From: an uncultured bacterium
GTDB lineage: Bacteria; Lernaellota; Lernaellaia; Lernaellales; Lernaellaceae
Length of the DNA: 27,290 nt
Assembly: GCA_964534375.1 (NCBI GenBank)
Contig: CAZHPN010000070.1
Location: forward strand, 1 to 27,290
Direction of reading: 5' to 3'
Notes under the pieces: generated by a model
The model's database searches: none
The model's input: the letters and a program-made list of their open reading frames with translations, nothing else
Told to the model about the DNA's origin: nothing
In this document: positions 8,596 to 16,771 of the stretch, in pieces
Layout of the letters: each line of letters opens with the position of its first letter
Numbering within the stretch: position 1 is the stretch's first letter
Position numbers and translations under genes: made by a program

Positions 8596-9102
8596 GTGTC
8601 CGAAGCGTTGTTTTCGCGCGATCGCTACGAACTGCCGCCTTGCAACCTGCGGCGCCTGACCGCCGGCGACGCCGAGCGGCTCGCCGCGGCGCTGGCCGCG
8701 ATCGACCCCTGGCGTACGCTCGGCTATCGCGCGACGGTCCTCGAAGCCTATTTACGAAACGCCGATCCCGCCTTGGCGCGTTTCGCGATCGTTGCCCGCG
8801 AGGCGCTCGCGGGGGTCGTTTGCCTGCGGTTCCCGTGGCTGCGCGGGCCGCAGCTCGAGTTGATCGCGCTGCTCGACGGCTTCCGCGGACGCGGACTCGG
8901 CGCCGCGGTGATGAATTGGGCGGAGGCGGAGGCGTTTCACAGCGCCGCCAACATCTGGGCGCTGGTCTCGTCCTTCAACGCCGGCGCTCGACGCTTCTAT
9001 CGCACGCGCGGTTTCGTCGAGATTGGCGTCATTCCGGAATTGCTCGGCGCCGGCCGCGATGAAATCCTGCTGCGCAAACAGCGTCCGATATCGACGGTGT
9101 AA
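8596..9102 (+). CDS. GNAT-family N-acetyltransferase
   Basis: Motif A FRGRGLG and motif B N.GARRFY...GF. Start set at GTG 8596 with GGAG at 8586-8589. Confidence 0.88.
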   Translation: MSEALFSRDRYELPPCNLRRLTAGDAERLAAALAAIDPWRTLGYRATVLEAYLRNADPALARFAIVAREALAGVVCLRFPWLRGPQLELIALLDGFRGRGLGAAVMNWAEAEAFHSAANIWALVSSFNAGARRFYRTRGFVEIGVIPELLGAGRDEILLRKQRPISTV

Positions 9103-9129
9103 TTGGCGCGGCCCACCGGCGCGCACAGC

Positions 9130-9159
9130 TTGTATTCCGGATTCGCGCCATTATAAGAT
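9130..9159 (+). promoter_or_regulatory. Possible sigma70-type promoter of the 9223-13172 operon
   Basis: TTGTAT (9130-9135), 18 bp spacer, TAAGAT (9154-9159), in an AT-richer 120 bp intergenic gap. Confidence 0.5.
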
Positions 9160-9222
9160 GCTTCAAAATGCCAGCGTCATGGGACATTTGCGGCGCCGGC
9201 ACGCCGATCGCGGGGGATCTCT

Positions 9223-9897
9223 TTGGGCAAACTCGCCGAGTATCAGGCGCGACGCGATGTCCGTCGCGCCCTCGTGGGCCGCGAGCGGCGGCACGGCGAA
9301 GCCGCGCCGGGTCGATTTCGCCGTGCGGACGTGGACCGCGTGCTTCAATGTGCGGCCGAGAATTTCGCGGAAGGCCTGCGCGGCGCATCCCTGCCCCGCG
9401 GCTGGGGCGCGCGGCGCAACGTGATCGCCGGCATTTGGAGCCTGGCGCTGTTCCGCGCGCTGAAGCGCGAAGTGGGCGACGGCCGCTACGCAACGGAACT
9501 GGCGACGGACGCGATTTGGCTGTCGTACAAGCGATCGAGCGATGCCTTGCGCGTTTTTTGCCGTCTGCTGGCGCGCAGCCCGCGCCGGCGGATGCACCTG
9601 TTCGTGCGGGCGGGCCTGCGGTTTCCGTTCGGCCGCCCGGGTTACGAATGGACCGCGCGCCGCGCCGGGGACGCACTGGAGACCGACTTTCACCGCTGCC
9701 CGGTTTGGGACTATTTCCGCGCGCAGGATGAAGAGGCCCGCGAATTCTTCCGGCGTTCGTGGTGCACGCTCGACTACCCGCTCGCCGAAATCCTGGCCGA
9801 TGGCGGCCGTTACGAGCGGGCGCATACGCTGTCCGCCGGCGATGAAGTTTGCGACATGCGCTGGATCGCGCCGGAGCGGCCGGCGCTGCCGCGTTAG
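9223..9897 (+). CDS. L-2-amino-thiazoline-4-carboxylic acid hydrolase-like (ATC_hydrolase family) protein
   Basis: C-terminal pattern FHRCPVWDYF...WCTLDYPL...YERAHTLSAGDEVCDMRW (three conserved Cys and RxxTLxxGxxxCD). TTG start after GGGGGA. Confidence 0.78.
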   Translation: MGKLAEYQARRDVRRALVGRERRHGEAAPGRFRRADVDRVLQCAAENFAEGLRGASLPRGWGARRNVIAGIWSLALFRALKREVGDGRYATELATDAIWLSYKRSSDALRVFCRLLARSPRRRMHLFVRAGLRFPFGRPGYEWTARRAGDALETDFHRCPVWDYFRAQDEEAREFFRRSWCTLDYPLAEILADGGRYERAHTLSAGDEVCDMRWIAPERPALPR

Positions 9898-9927
9898 CGA
9901 TCGAACTTTGCCGATGGGGGGTGTGAC

Positions 9928-10758
9928 ATGACCGATTTCTTTGCCTCGACCCGTCCGGGTCAGCCCGCGGTTTTCGGCGCGGCTTCGTTCGAGCTGCCGA
10001 TCTTGTATTTTCGCGACGACCTGTTCGCGCTCTTCTTTACGGCGGATTATCAAAAGGCGAAGGCGCTGATGCCCTCGCCCAAACTCCACCCGGTCGCGTT
10101 GCCGGGCGGCCGCACGATGCTCGGCGTCGCGGCGTTCAATTATCACGACACTTCGATCGGCCCCTACGGCGAGGTCGGCGTGATTCTGCCGGCCGTGTAC
10201 GGCGCCAAACCGCCGCTGCCCGGCGTCCCGGCCTTGCTCGAGGCCCGCTACCCCGGCTTCGGCGTGCTGGTCCTGCACCTGCCGGTGACCAAGACCGTGG
10301 CGCGCGACGCCGGCCGCGGCCAGTGGGGCTACACGAAATTCGTGGCGGACATGAAATTCACCAGCACGCCCGAATATCATCAATGCGAGATGTCCGACGA
10401 GCAAACGCCTATTCTGACGATGCGCGTCGCCAAGCGCGGCATGTTTCATCGCGACCGCCAGCCGCTGGTGACCTACTCCGTGAAGGACGGGAACCTGATC
10501 AAAACCATCGTGCGCCAAAAGGGCGCGTGCCGCATGAACGTGCGCCCCCGCGCCTCGTTCCTGAAGCTCGGCGACCACCCGGCGGCCGAGACGATCCGCG
10601 CGCTCGGCATCGGCGAGCGGCCGATCCAGTCGCGGTATTACGTCGAACGCAGCGGCATTCTGCCGGCCGGCGAAGTCATCGAGTCCGGCGTGGCGGCGCT
10701 CGACGGCTGGCGCGGCGCCGACCGCGAAGGCCAACACACTACGGTCTATATCGAGTAG
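9928..10758 (+). CDS. Acetoacetate decarboxylase-like superfamily protein (ADC paralog 2)
   Basis: IGPYGE motif and LPVT...AGRGQWGYTK (Schiff-base Lys position). Aligns by eye with the 954-1838 protein. Confidence 0.85.
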   Translation: MTDFFASTRPGQPAVFGAASFELPILYFRDDLFALFFTADYQKAKALMPSPKLHPVALPGGRTMLGVAAFNYHDTSIGPYGEVGVILPAVYGAKPPLPGVPALLEARYPGFGVLVLHLPVTKTVARDAGRGQWGYTKFVADMKFTSTPEYHQCEMSDEQTPILTMRVAKRGMFHRDRQPLVTYSVKDGNLIKTIVRQKGACRMNVRPRASFLKLGDHPAAETIRALGIGERPIQSRYYVERSGILPAGEVIESGVAALDGWRGADREGQHTTVYIE

Positions 10759-10767
10759 AGGCGCAGG

Positions 10768-11874
10768 ATGTCGGAGCACCTCGACGCGTTTCGTCAAACG
10801 GCGGCGCTGTTCGCGAAGAAAGAAATCGAACCCCTGCTCGGCCGCGAGGGCCGCGACGGCGACTTGTCGCTGCTGCCGGGCATCTTGCAAAAAGCGCGGG
10901 AAACCGGGCTGACCGCGACGGCCGACCCGGCCGGCGCCGGTTGGGAATACGGCGTCTGGGGCCGGGCCTGCCGCGCCGACGGCCCCGCGGCATCGCTCGC
11001 CGTGTTGCAGGAAATCGCGCGGACCTGCGCCGGCGCCGCGGCGTGCATCCACCTGGCCGGGCTCGCCGCGTTTTTTTCGGACGACGGCGCACCGCCCGCG
11101 GCGGTCGCCTTTTTCGAGCCGGCGTGGATTGTCGATTGGCCGTCGCTGCGGCGCCCGCCGGCCGACGCCTGCCGCCTGACGCCGGCGGCAGATGGGGCCT
11201 TCCGCATCGCCGGGGTCAAGCATTTCGTGCACGCCGCGCCGGAATTCGCCGGCTTGCTGATTTTCGCCGCGGCTTCCGATGGCTGGCGGCTCGCCTTCGC
11301 GCCGAAAACCGCCGCCGGCGTCGAACTGGCCGACCCCGGCCCGCGGCTCGGCCTCGCGGCCATCGAAATGGCGCACGTGACGCTGCGCGATTGCCGCATC
11401 GAGGCGAGCGCCGTGCGCGCGGGCGAGCCGGCTGCCTTTCTACGCCGCCACTTGCTCGGCCTGTCGGCGATCGCCGTCGGCAACGCGGCCGGCGCCTTGC
11501 GCGCCGCGCTCGCCTATGCGGCCGAACGCTATCAGGGCGGCGAACAGCTTGACGCGCTGCCGGCCGTTCGGCGGCTGCTCGGCGACAGTGGCTCGCGCGT
11601 TGCCGCTGCCGCCGGCTTTCTCGACTCCGTCGCGCAGAACGACCGCGACGATCCGCCGTCGCTGGCGCGCGCGTGCGCGGCCAAGCTGCGCATCACGACG
11701 GATTGCGCGCAAGCGGTCACCGATTGCCTGCAGGTGCTCGGCGGCTACGGCTACATGGAAGACTACCGCCTCGAAAAACGGCTGCGCGACGCGATCATGC
11801 TCAAGCTGATGGCCGTGAAACCGGACGCGCTGCGCGAGCTGTGCGCGGCGGCCGAGACGGAGGGCGCACGATGA
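10768..11874 (+). CDS. Acyl-CoA dehydrogenase-family protein, degenerate (probably a non-catalytic subunit)
   Basis: ACAD fold motifs GVKHFV, YAAERYQGG and QVLGGYGYMEDYRLEKRLRDA are present, but the TEPxAGSD and IYEG motifs are not conserved. Confidence 0.85.
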   Translation: MSEHLDAFRQTAALFAKKEIEPLLGREGRDGDLSLLPGILQKARETGLTATADPAGAGWEYGVWGRACRADGPAASLAVLQEIARTCAGAAACIHLAGLAAFFSDDGAPPAAVAFFEPAWIVDWPSLRRPPADACRLTPAADGAFRIAGVKHFVHAAPEFAGLLIFAAASDGWRLAFAPKTAAGVELADPGPRLGLAAIEMAHVTLRDCRIEASAVRAGEPAAFLRRHLLGLSAIAVGNAAGALRAALAYAAERYQGGEQLDALPAVRRLLGDSGSRVAAAAGFLDSVAQNDRDDPPSLARACAAKLRITTDCAQAVTDCLQVLGGYGYMEDYRLEKRLRDAIMLKLMAVKPDALRELCAAAETEGAR

Positions 11875-13172
11875 AGACCGCGCTGGCGCCGGAAGTCGCG
11901 CGCTTGCAGCTCAATGCGCTCGGCCGGCTCCTTTACGACGCCGACCCGAAAACCCTCTGGGACCGCGACACGGCCACCCTGCCCTGGACCTTCCGCCGGC
12001 TGCGGCGCCGCTGCCGCGATTTTGCCGCCGCGCACATTGCGCCCTTCGCGCTGCAGGCCGATCTCGATCCGCATGGGTTCGACGTGCACAAGTTGTTCGT
12101 CCTCGCCGCGCGCGCGGGCTTTCAAACCGAGTTCATGCCGTGGCCGTGGGGCACGTTGAATCCGGCGGGTTTCGTCCGCTCGATGCTGATGGCGCCGGTG
12201 CTGAAGGCCGAGGAATTTTGCACGGCTTGCGCGGGGCTCGGCCTGTCGTTGCTGGCGCACGAACTCGGCATCGCGCCGCTGTTCGTCAGCGGCGACCGGC
12301 GCGCGTATTTCAAATGGCTCGGGCGGATCTACCGCGAGATCAAGGCCGGCGAGCCCGCCGTCGCCGCCTTCGCCATCACGGAACCGGGCGCCGGCTCGGA
12401 CGTCGAAGACACCGAGGGCGGCGAAAAGGCGCGCCTCGGTTGCCGCTGGCGGAAGGTCGCGGGCGGTTATCGCTTGAACGGCCGGAAGTGCTTCATCTCG
12501 GGCGGCGGCGCCTCGCGCTGGATCACTTTTTTCGCCGCCGAAGAAGGCAAGGGCCTGGAATCCTGGACCTGCTTCCTGCTCGACAAGTCGATGGCGGGCC
12601 TCTCGGTCGGCCGGCGCGAGAAAAAGATGGGGCAGCGCGCGTCGGACGCCTCCGAGATCGTGCTGGAAGACGTCTTTGCGCCCGACGAGCGCGTGATCGG
12701 CGCGGTCGGCGCCGGTTGGGCGATCAACCGCAACGTGCTCAACTATTCGCGGGCGGTCGTCGGCGCGATTGCGCTGGGTACGGCCCGCGGCGCGTTCGAA
12801 CGCGCGGTGCAATTCTGCCGGGAAACGCGGCTCGGCGACCGCCGCCTGCTGGATTACCAAGACGTGCAAATCGCCCTCGCCGACATGATGGTCACGCTCT
12901 CCGCCATGCGCGCGACCGCCTGGCACGCTGCGCGCTATCGCGTTCCCTTTCAGGCCGGCGGCAGCGTGGCCAAGACGTTCTGCGCGGACAAGGCGTGGGA
13001 GGTTTGCAACGCCGCGATGGAACTGCTCGGCGACCACGGCTATCTGCACGGTCACGGCGTGGAAAAAGCGGCCCGCGACGCCCGCCTCGCGCAAATCTAC
13101 GAGGGGACCAATCAAATCAACCGCCTGGCCGTGTTTGAAGGCCAGATGGAAGCGGAATTTCGCGGGCAATGA
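11871..13172 (+). CDS. Acyl-CoA dehydrogenase (catalytic type)
   Basis: ATG 11871 overlaps the upstream stop (ATGA). FAITEPGAGSD, LNGRKCFIS, EKKMGQRAS and RDARLAQIYEGTNQI with the catalytic Glu. Confidence 0.93.
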   Translation: MKTALAPEVARLQLNALGRLLYDADPKTLWDRDTATLPWTFRRLRRRCRDFAAAHIAPFALQADLDPHGFDVHKLFVLAARAGFQTEFMPWPWGTLNPAGFVRSMLMAPVLKAEEFCTACAGLGLSLLAHELGIAPLFVSGDRRAYFKWLGRIYREIKAGEPAVAAFAITEPGAGSDVEDTEGGEKARLGCRWRKVAGGYRLNGRKCFISGGGASRWITFFAAEEGKGLESWTCFLLDKSMAGLSVGRREKKMGQRASDASEIVLEDVFAPDERVIGAVGAGWAINRNVLNYSRAVVGAIALGTARGAFERAVQFCRETRLGDRRLLDYQDVQIALADMMVTLSAMRATAWHAARYRVPFQAGGSVAKTFCADKAWEVCNAAMELLGDHGYLHGHGVEKAARDARLAQIYEGTNQINRLAVFEGQMEAEFRGQ

Positions 13173-13225
13173 CGGCAAAAGCGCCGCGACGACATCGGCG
13201 GCGACCGGGAATTGAGAAGTGCTCG

Positions 13226-14578
13226 TCAAGGGCTCTTGGGCTTCAGCAATCCGCCGAGGAGACTGGCAAAAATGCGAAACTGCAATCGCAATTCATAAAA
13301 TGACTCCGTGCCCTTGAGGCGCTTCCACCAATAGGCCGGACGCAGGTAAAATTTCCGGTAAGCCAGCGCGCGCATTCGCTGCGCCAGTTCGTCCGCGGCG
13401 GCGGGAATCGGACCTGCCGATTCGCCGAGCTTCGTTCCCGGTTGGGGCCTTGGGACGCTGAAGGACGCGTAGTCGCAGTTGATCGCGACCGCCAGATCGA
13501 CCGTCTTGCGCATCGTCGTTTCCGTTTCGCCGGGCATGCCGACGATGAAGAAGGCGACGCTACGCAGGCCTTGCCGGTTCGTCGCGGCCAGCGTCTCGCG
13601 AATCTGCTCGACCGTGATCCCCTTGTTCATGGCGGCCAGCGTTCGGTTGTCGCCGCTTTCCACGCCATATTCGATCACACGGCATCCCGCGCTCCGCATC
13701 AGCCCCAGAATCTCCTCGTCCACCGAATCAATGCGGGTTTGGCACGCCCATTTCAATCGAAGGCGATTTTGCAGCATTCGGTCGCACAATCGGGAGACGT
13801 AGTCGCGATCGTTGACGAATGTCGCATCGTGAAACACAACGTGGCTGAAACCGGCCCGCTCCACGGCGGCCAATTCCTCGAGCGCGTTGTCCTGGTCGCG
13901 CCGCCGAAAACCGACCTGGCGGGGCACGCAGAAAACGCAGCCGTTGGGACAACCGGTGGAGGTGATGGAAACGGTGAACTTCGGCGCCGGCGCGATCGGC
14001 AAGTGATAGCGGCCTCGGCCGACCAGTTCGTGGAGCGGCGTCGGGTAAGCGAACGTCGCGCCCTGCCGGCGGGGACCGCGGATGATATGCCCGTCTTTCC
14101 GGGTTATCATATCCGGCGCCGGCCGTTGGCCGTCGAGATAATCGAGAATGTGTTCCGTCGTGAAATCCAGAAGCGCGGCGTCCAGGAACCAATTCCGCGC
14201 CATGATTTCTTCGCCGCGCGCAAGCAAAATGCCGCCGTTGCCGATCATCTCGGTCTCGGGCCACAATCGTTTCAGGGCCTCGATAAACGCGAAATCCTCC
14301 GGGAGGCTGGCCAATGAAGTCAGGAAAATGCAGGCTTTGTATTTTTCGGCCGCCAACTGCGACAGCAGTTTCGCAGGCCGTTGGCGGGCCACGATCGCAT
14401 CCAGCAGCGTGACGGCGTACTTTTCCTTCAGACGCCCCGACAGCACCAGCAGATCGATCTGGGGCCAGTAATAGTCAGCAAAGGAAATCGACGTGCAGTA
14501 TTTGTCCCTGGCGTATCGCCTGGCGCCCGGCGGGTTAAGCAGAAGCACACGTTCTTTTGTCGGCGCACTTGCGGTCAC
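13226..14578 (-). CDS. Cobalamin-binding-domain radical SAM protein
   Basis: N-terminal VLLLNPP...WPQIDLL...LLDA B12-binding-like domain, TSTGCPNGCVFC (CxxxCxxC), FHDATF, GVESG, FIVGMPGET. Start set at GTG 14578 with GGAG upstream; ATG 14647 is an alternative. Confidence 0.9.
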   Translation of the reverse strand: MTASAPTKERVLLLNPPGARRYARDKYCTSISFADYYWPQIDLLVLSGRLKEKYAVTLLDAIVARQRPAKLLSQLAAEKYKACIFLTSLASLPEDFAFIEALKRLWPETEMIGNGGILLARGEEIMARNWFLDAALLDFTTEHILDYLDGQRPAPDMITRKDGHIIRGPRRQGATFAYPTPLHELVGRGRYHLPIAPAPKFTVSITSTGCPNGCVFCVPRQVGFRRRDQDNALEELAAVERAGFSHVVFHDATFVNDRDYVSRLCDRMLQNRLRLKWACQTRIDSVDEEILGLMRSAGCRVIEYGVESGDNRTLAAMNKGITVEQIRETLAATNRQGLRSVAFFIVGMPGETETTMRKTVDLAVAINCDYASFSVPRPQPGTKLGESAGPIPAAADELAQRMRALAYRKFYLRPAYWWKRLKGTESFYELRLQFRIFASLLGGLLKPKSP

Positions 14579-14737
14579 GGCCTTCTCCGGAGGTGCACGA
14601 GGCGGCTTCGGAAGACGAAGTCCACGTGTTGCAGAAGGTAGCGGCATTGGCCGCCCGATGCAACCGTCCCAGGCGCGTCCGACGCGCGACCTCCGTCAAT
14701 ACCCGCTGCGAAGAATGCCCATCGCAGCCCGCGCCGC

Positions 14738-16282
14738 TCACCAAGCGCAGGCCGGCGCCCGATCGAAGACAGCACGCGGAATGAGGAACACGGTCGCCGT
14801 CATCAGTCCCGCGTCAAACTGATCGTAAACGATCCGCCGTTGCACCGCCGGATCCGCGGGATCCGCTTCGCTGGCGGCAGTTCGCGGGGTAACGAATATC
14901 ACCAGAAAATTCGCGGCGTTCACGTCGAGCCGCAATCGGAGATCCGGGTGCAGATAGCGGCACAGACTGGCGAACGTCATCGATGTCTCGGCCTCAAGCC
15001 GGAGGAAGCGCGAGCCCCACCGGTAATCGCAGGTGTGTTCGTAGATCTCAAAATCCCGCAAATCGTTGTCATAAATAACTTGCGAGACTCTTTCGGCGAT
15101 CGCGATCTGATCGTTTAGGCGTTCCATGTCGAAATATGTGTCGTGCGGCGGCGCCGCGCCCCGCGCGTCGACATCCCCTGCCGCCGCCAGCATGATGCCG
15201 AGCGCGGCGAGTTGCATCGTCCACTGTTTCCCGGCGCGCGGCAGCAAGGCGTGGAGCGACCCCGCGAATAAAGCGCCCCAGAAGACGAACGAAGAATTGA
15301 AGTAGTAAAGCGCCAGATTATCCTTTAAGTAATTCAAAATCGGAAAAACGAGAATCGCGAAAGCGCAACAACACCATGCGCCGTGTTTGATCGCGGTAGG
15401 GATAACGGCCCGTTTTTGGCGCAAGATGGCAATGATGAACAGCCAGAAAAATGAGCCGCCCGGATTGTTGAGCGGCCACATCACCCAAGCGCGAAGCATT
15501 TTCCAATAGGCGCTCGCCGGCGGCGTCGCTTCCGAGACGTCGACCTGGCGCTCCAAGCCTCCTGACTGGTGGAGGAACGCCGGCAATTGATACGCGAGAT
15601 GAAAATGCATGAGCAGGACGACGGCAATGCCCGCGGCGTGGGCAGCGAACTGCCGGGCGTCGCGCGGTTTCAGCGCGACGAGCGTCGCGGGCGCCAATAA
15701 ACCCGACGAGATATTCAGTTGCATGCACAACCCGACGGCCGCCCAGGCCAGGACGATGTTGATCGGGCTTCCTTGCATCGCGCTCGCGAGCAGATAAAAA
15801 TACACCGCCATGTAAAACGGCAGTTGGAAAGAGTTGTCGGCGATCAGCGGGCTGTAATTCTCCAGGACGAGGCTGGAGAAAATGACGGCCGCCACGAACG
15901 AGACCGATTTGTCGATGTCCATTCGGCGGCAGGCGGCGTAATAGAGGAGGCTGGCGAGAAAATAAGTCAGGCTGTAGAAATAATAAAGAAATTGAACATC
16001 TCTCCGGAACAACAACGGAATCGCCGTCGTCAAGTGCGAAAGCGGCCCTAAGGTGAGATCCTTGAAGAACGCGTTTCCCGCATATTCGAAACGGCCTTCA
16101 TCGACAAGCTCGATGCTCTTCCTAAGAATGTCGCCGACCGCCAAATAACAAATTCGAAAATCATGGCGATGGATGAAAATCACCGCCGCGAACCACACGC
16201 CCACGACGCCGGCCGGGATGATCGCCCGCGACACGGCGGCCGCGACGCGCCTCGTGTTTCGACGATATTGGTCGACTGTCAT
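14738..16282 (-). CDS. Polytopic membrane protein, possibly a GT-C fold (ArnT/PMT-like) glycosyltransferase
   Basis: About 10 hydrophobic segments followed by a soluble C-terminal tail. LGPLSHLTTAIP and GLCMQLNIS resemble the GPxxxYxxA.P and GlaxQxH.s patterns of ArnT-like proteins. Start uncertain (16282 or 16288). Confidence 0.5.
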   Translation of the reverse strand: MTVDQYRRNTRRVAAAVSRAIIPAGVVGVWFAAVIFIHRHDFRICYLAVGDILRKSIELVDEGRFEYAGNAFFKDLTLGPLSHLTTAIPLLFRRDVQFLYYFYSLTYFLASLLYYAACRRMDIDKSVSFVAAVIFSSLVLENYSPLIADNSFQLPFYMAVYFYLLASAMQGSPINIVLAWAAVGLCMQLNISSGLLAPATLVALKPRDARQFAAHAAGIAVVLLMHFHLAYQLPAFLHQSGGLERQVDVSEATPPASAYWKMLRAWVMWPLNNPGGSFFWLFIIAILRQKRAVIPTAIKHGAWCCCAFAILVFPILNYLKDNLALYYFNSSFVFWGALFAGSLHALLPRAGKQWTMQLAALGIMLAAAGDVDARGAAPPHDTYFDMERLNDQIAIAERVSQVIYDNDLRDFEIYEHTCDYRWGSRFLRLEAETSMTFASLCRYLHPDLRLRLDVNAANFLVIFVTPRTAASEADPADPAVQRRIVYDQFDAGLMTATVFLIPRAVFDRAPACAW

Positions 16283-16771
16283 CGCCAACTAGAGCATGCC
16301 CCGTTTTCCGCTTAAAAATCGGCAGGCGGCCAACTCTTCACATCCCACGTCGCCGGCGAGGCGTGAAGACCGAAGACTCCGCGCGCCTGCCGCCGGCTCG
16401 GTGAGCCGCGTCAAGTCATCTCTCGACGGGCTGTCGCTCATCCACGCCCCGCCGCCGTTTCGTGCGGCGGCCAGCAGTCCACCATAGCCCGAGCGCCCGC
16501 GTCAAGCTCGCGTCGGTTCGCGTGCATCCGTTGGCCAGCGCAAAATCGCGGACGGCGGCGTCCCGTTCCAGCCAATCGGCCGGCCGGACGCGCCCCGTCC
16601 CCCGCCGCGGCTTCGGTTGCCGGCGCTGCCGTTTAATCGTACAAGAAAAGGTGCCGGCGGTTGGCGCAGCGGCGCCGACTGCGGCGTTTTTCGGCCTCGC
16701 CGATGTTGACGCGCGGCGCGCAGGACGTGATGGGCGGTTTCTTCTTTCTTGCGGCTCATTTTTCCGGGCCG

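Noticed and set aside
16706..16735. TTGACG as a -35 box for the large lipoprotein gene
   Set aside because: No acceptable -10 hexamer at 16-18 bp spacing.
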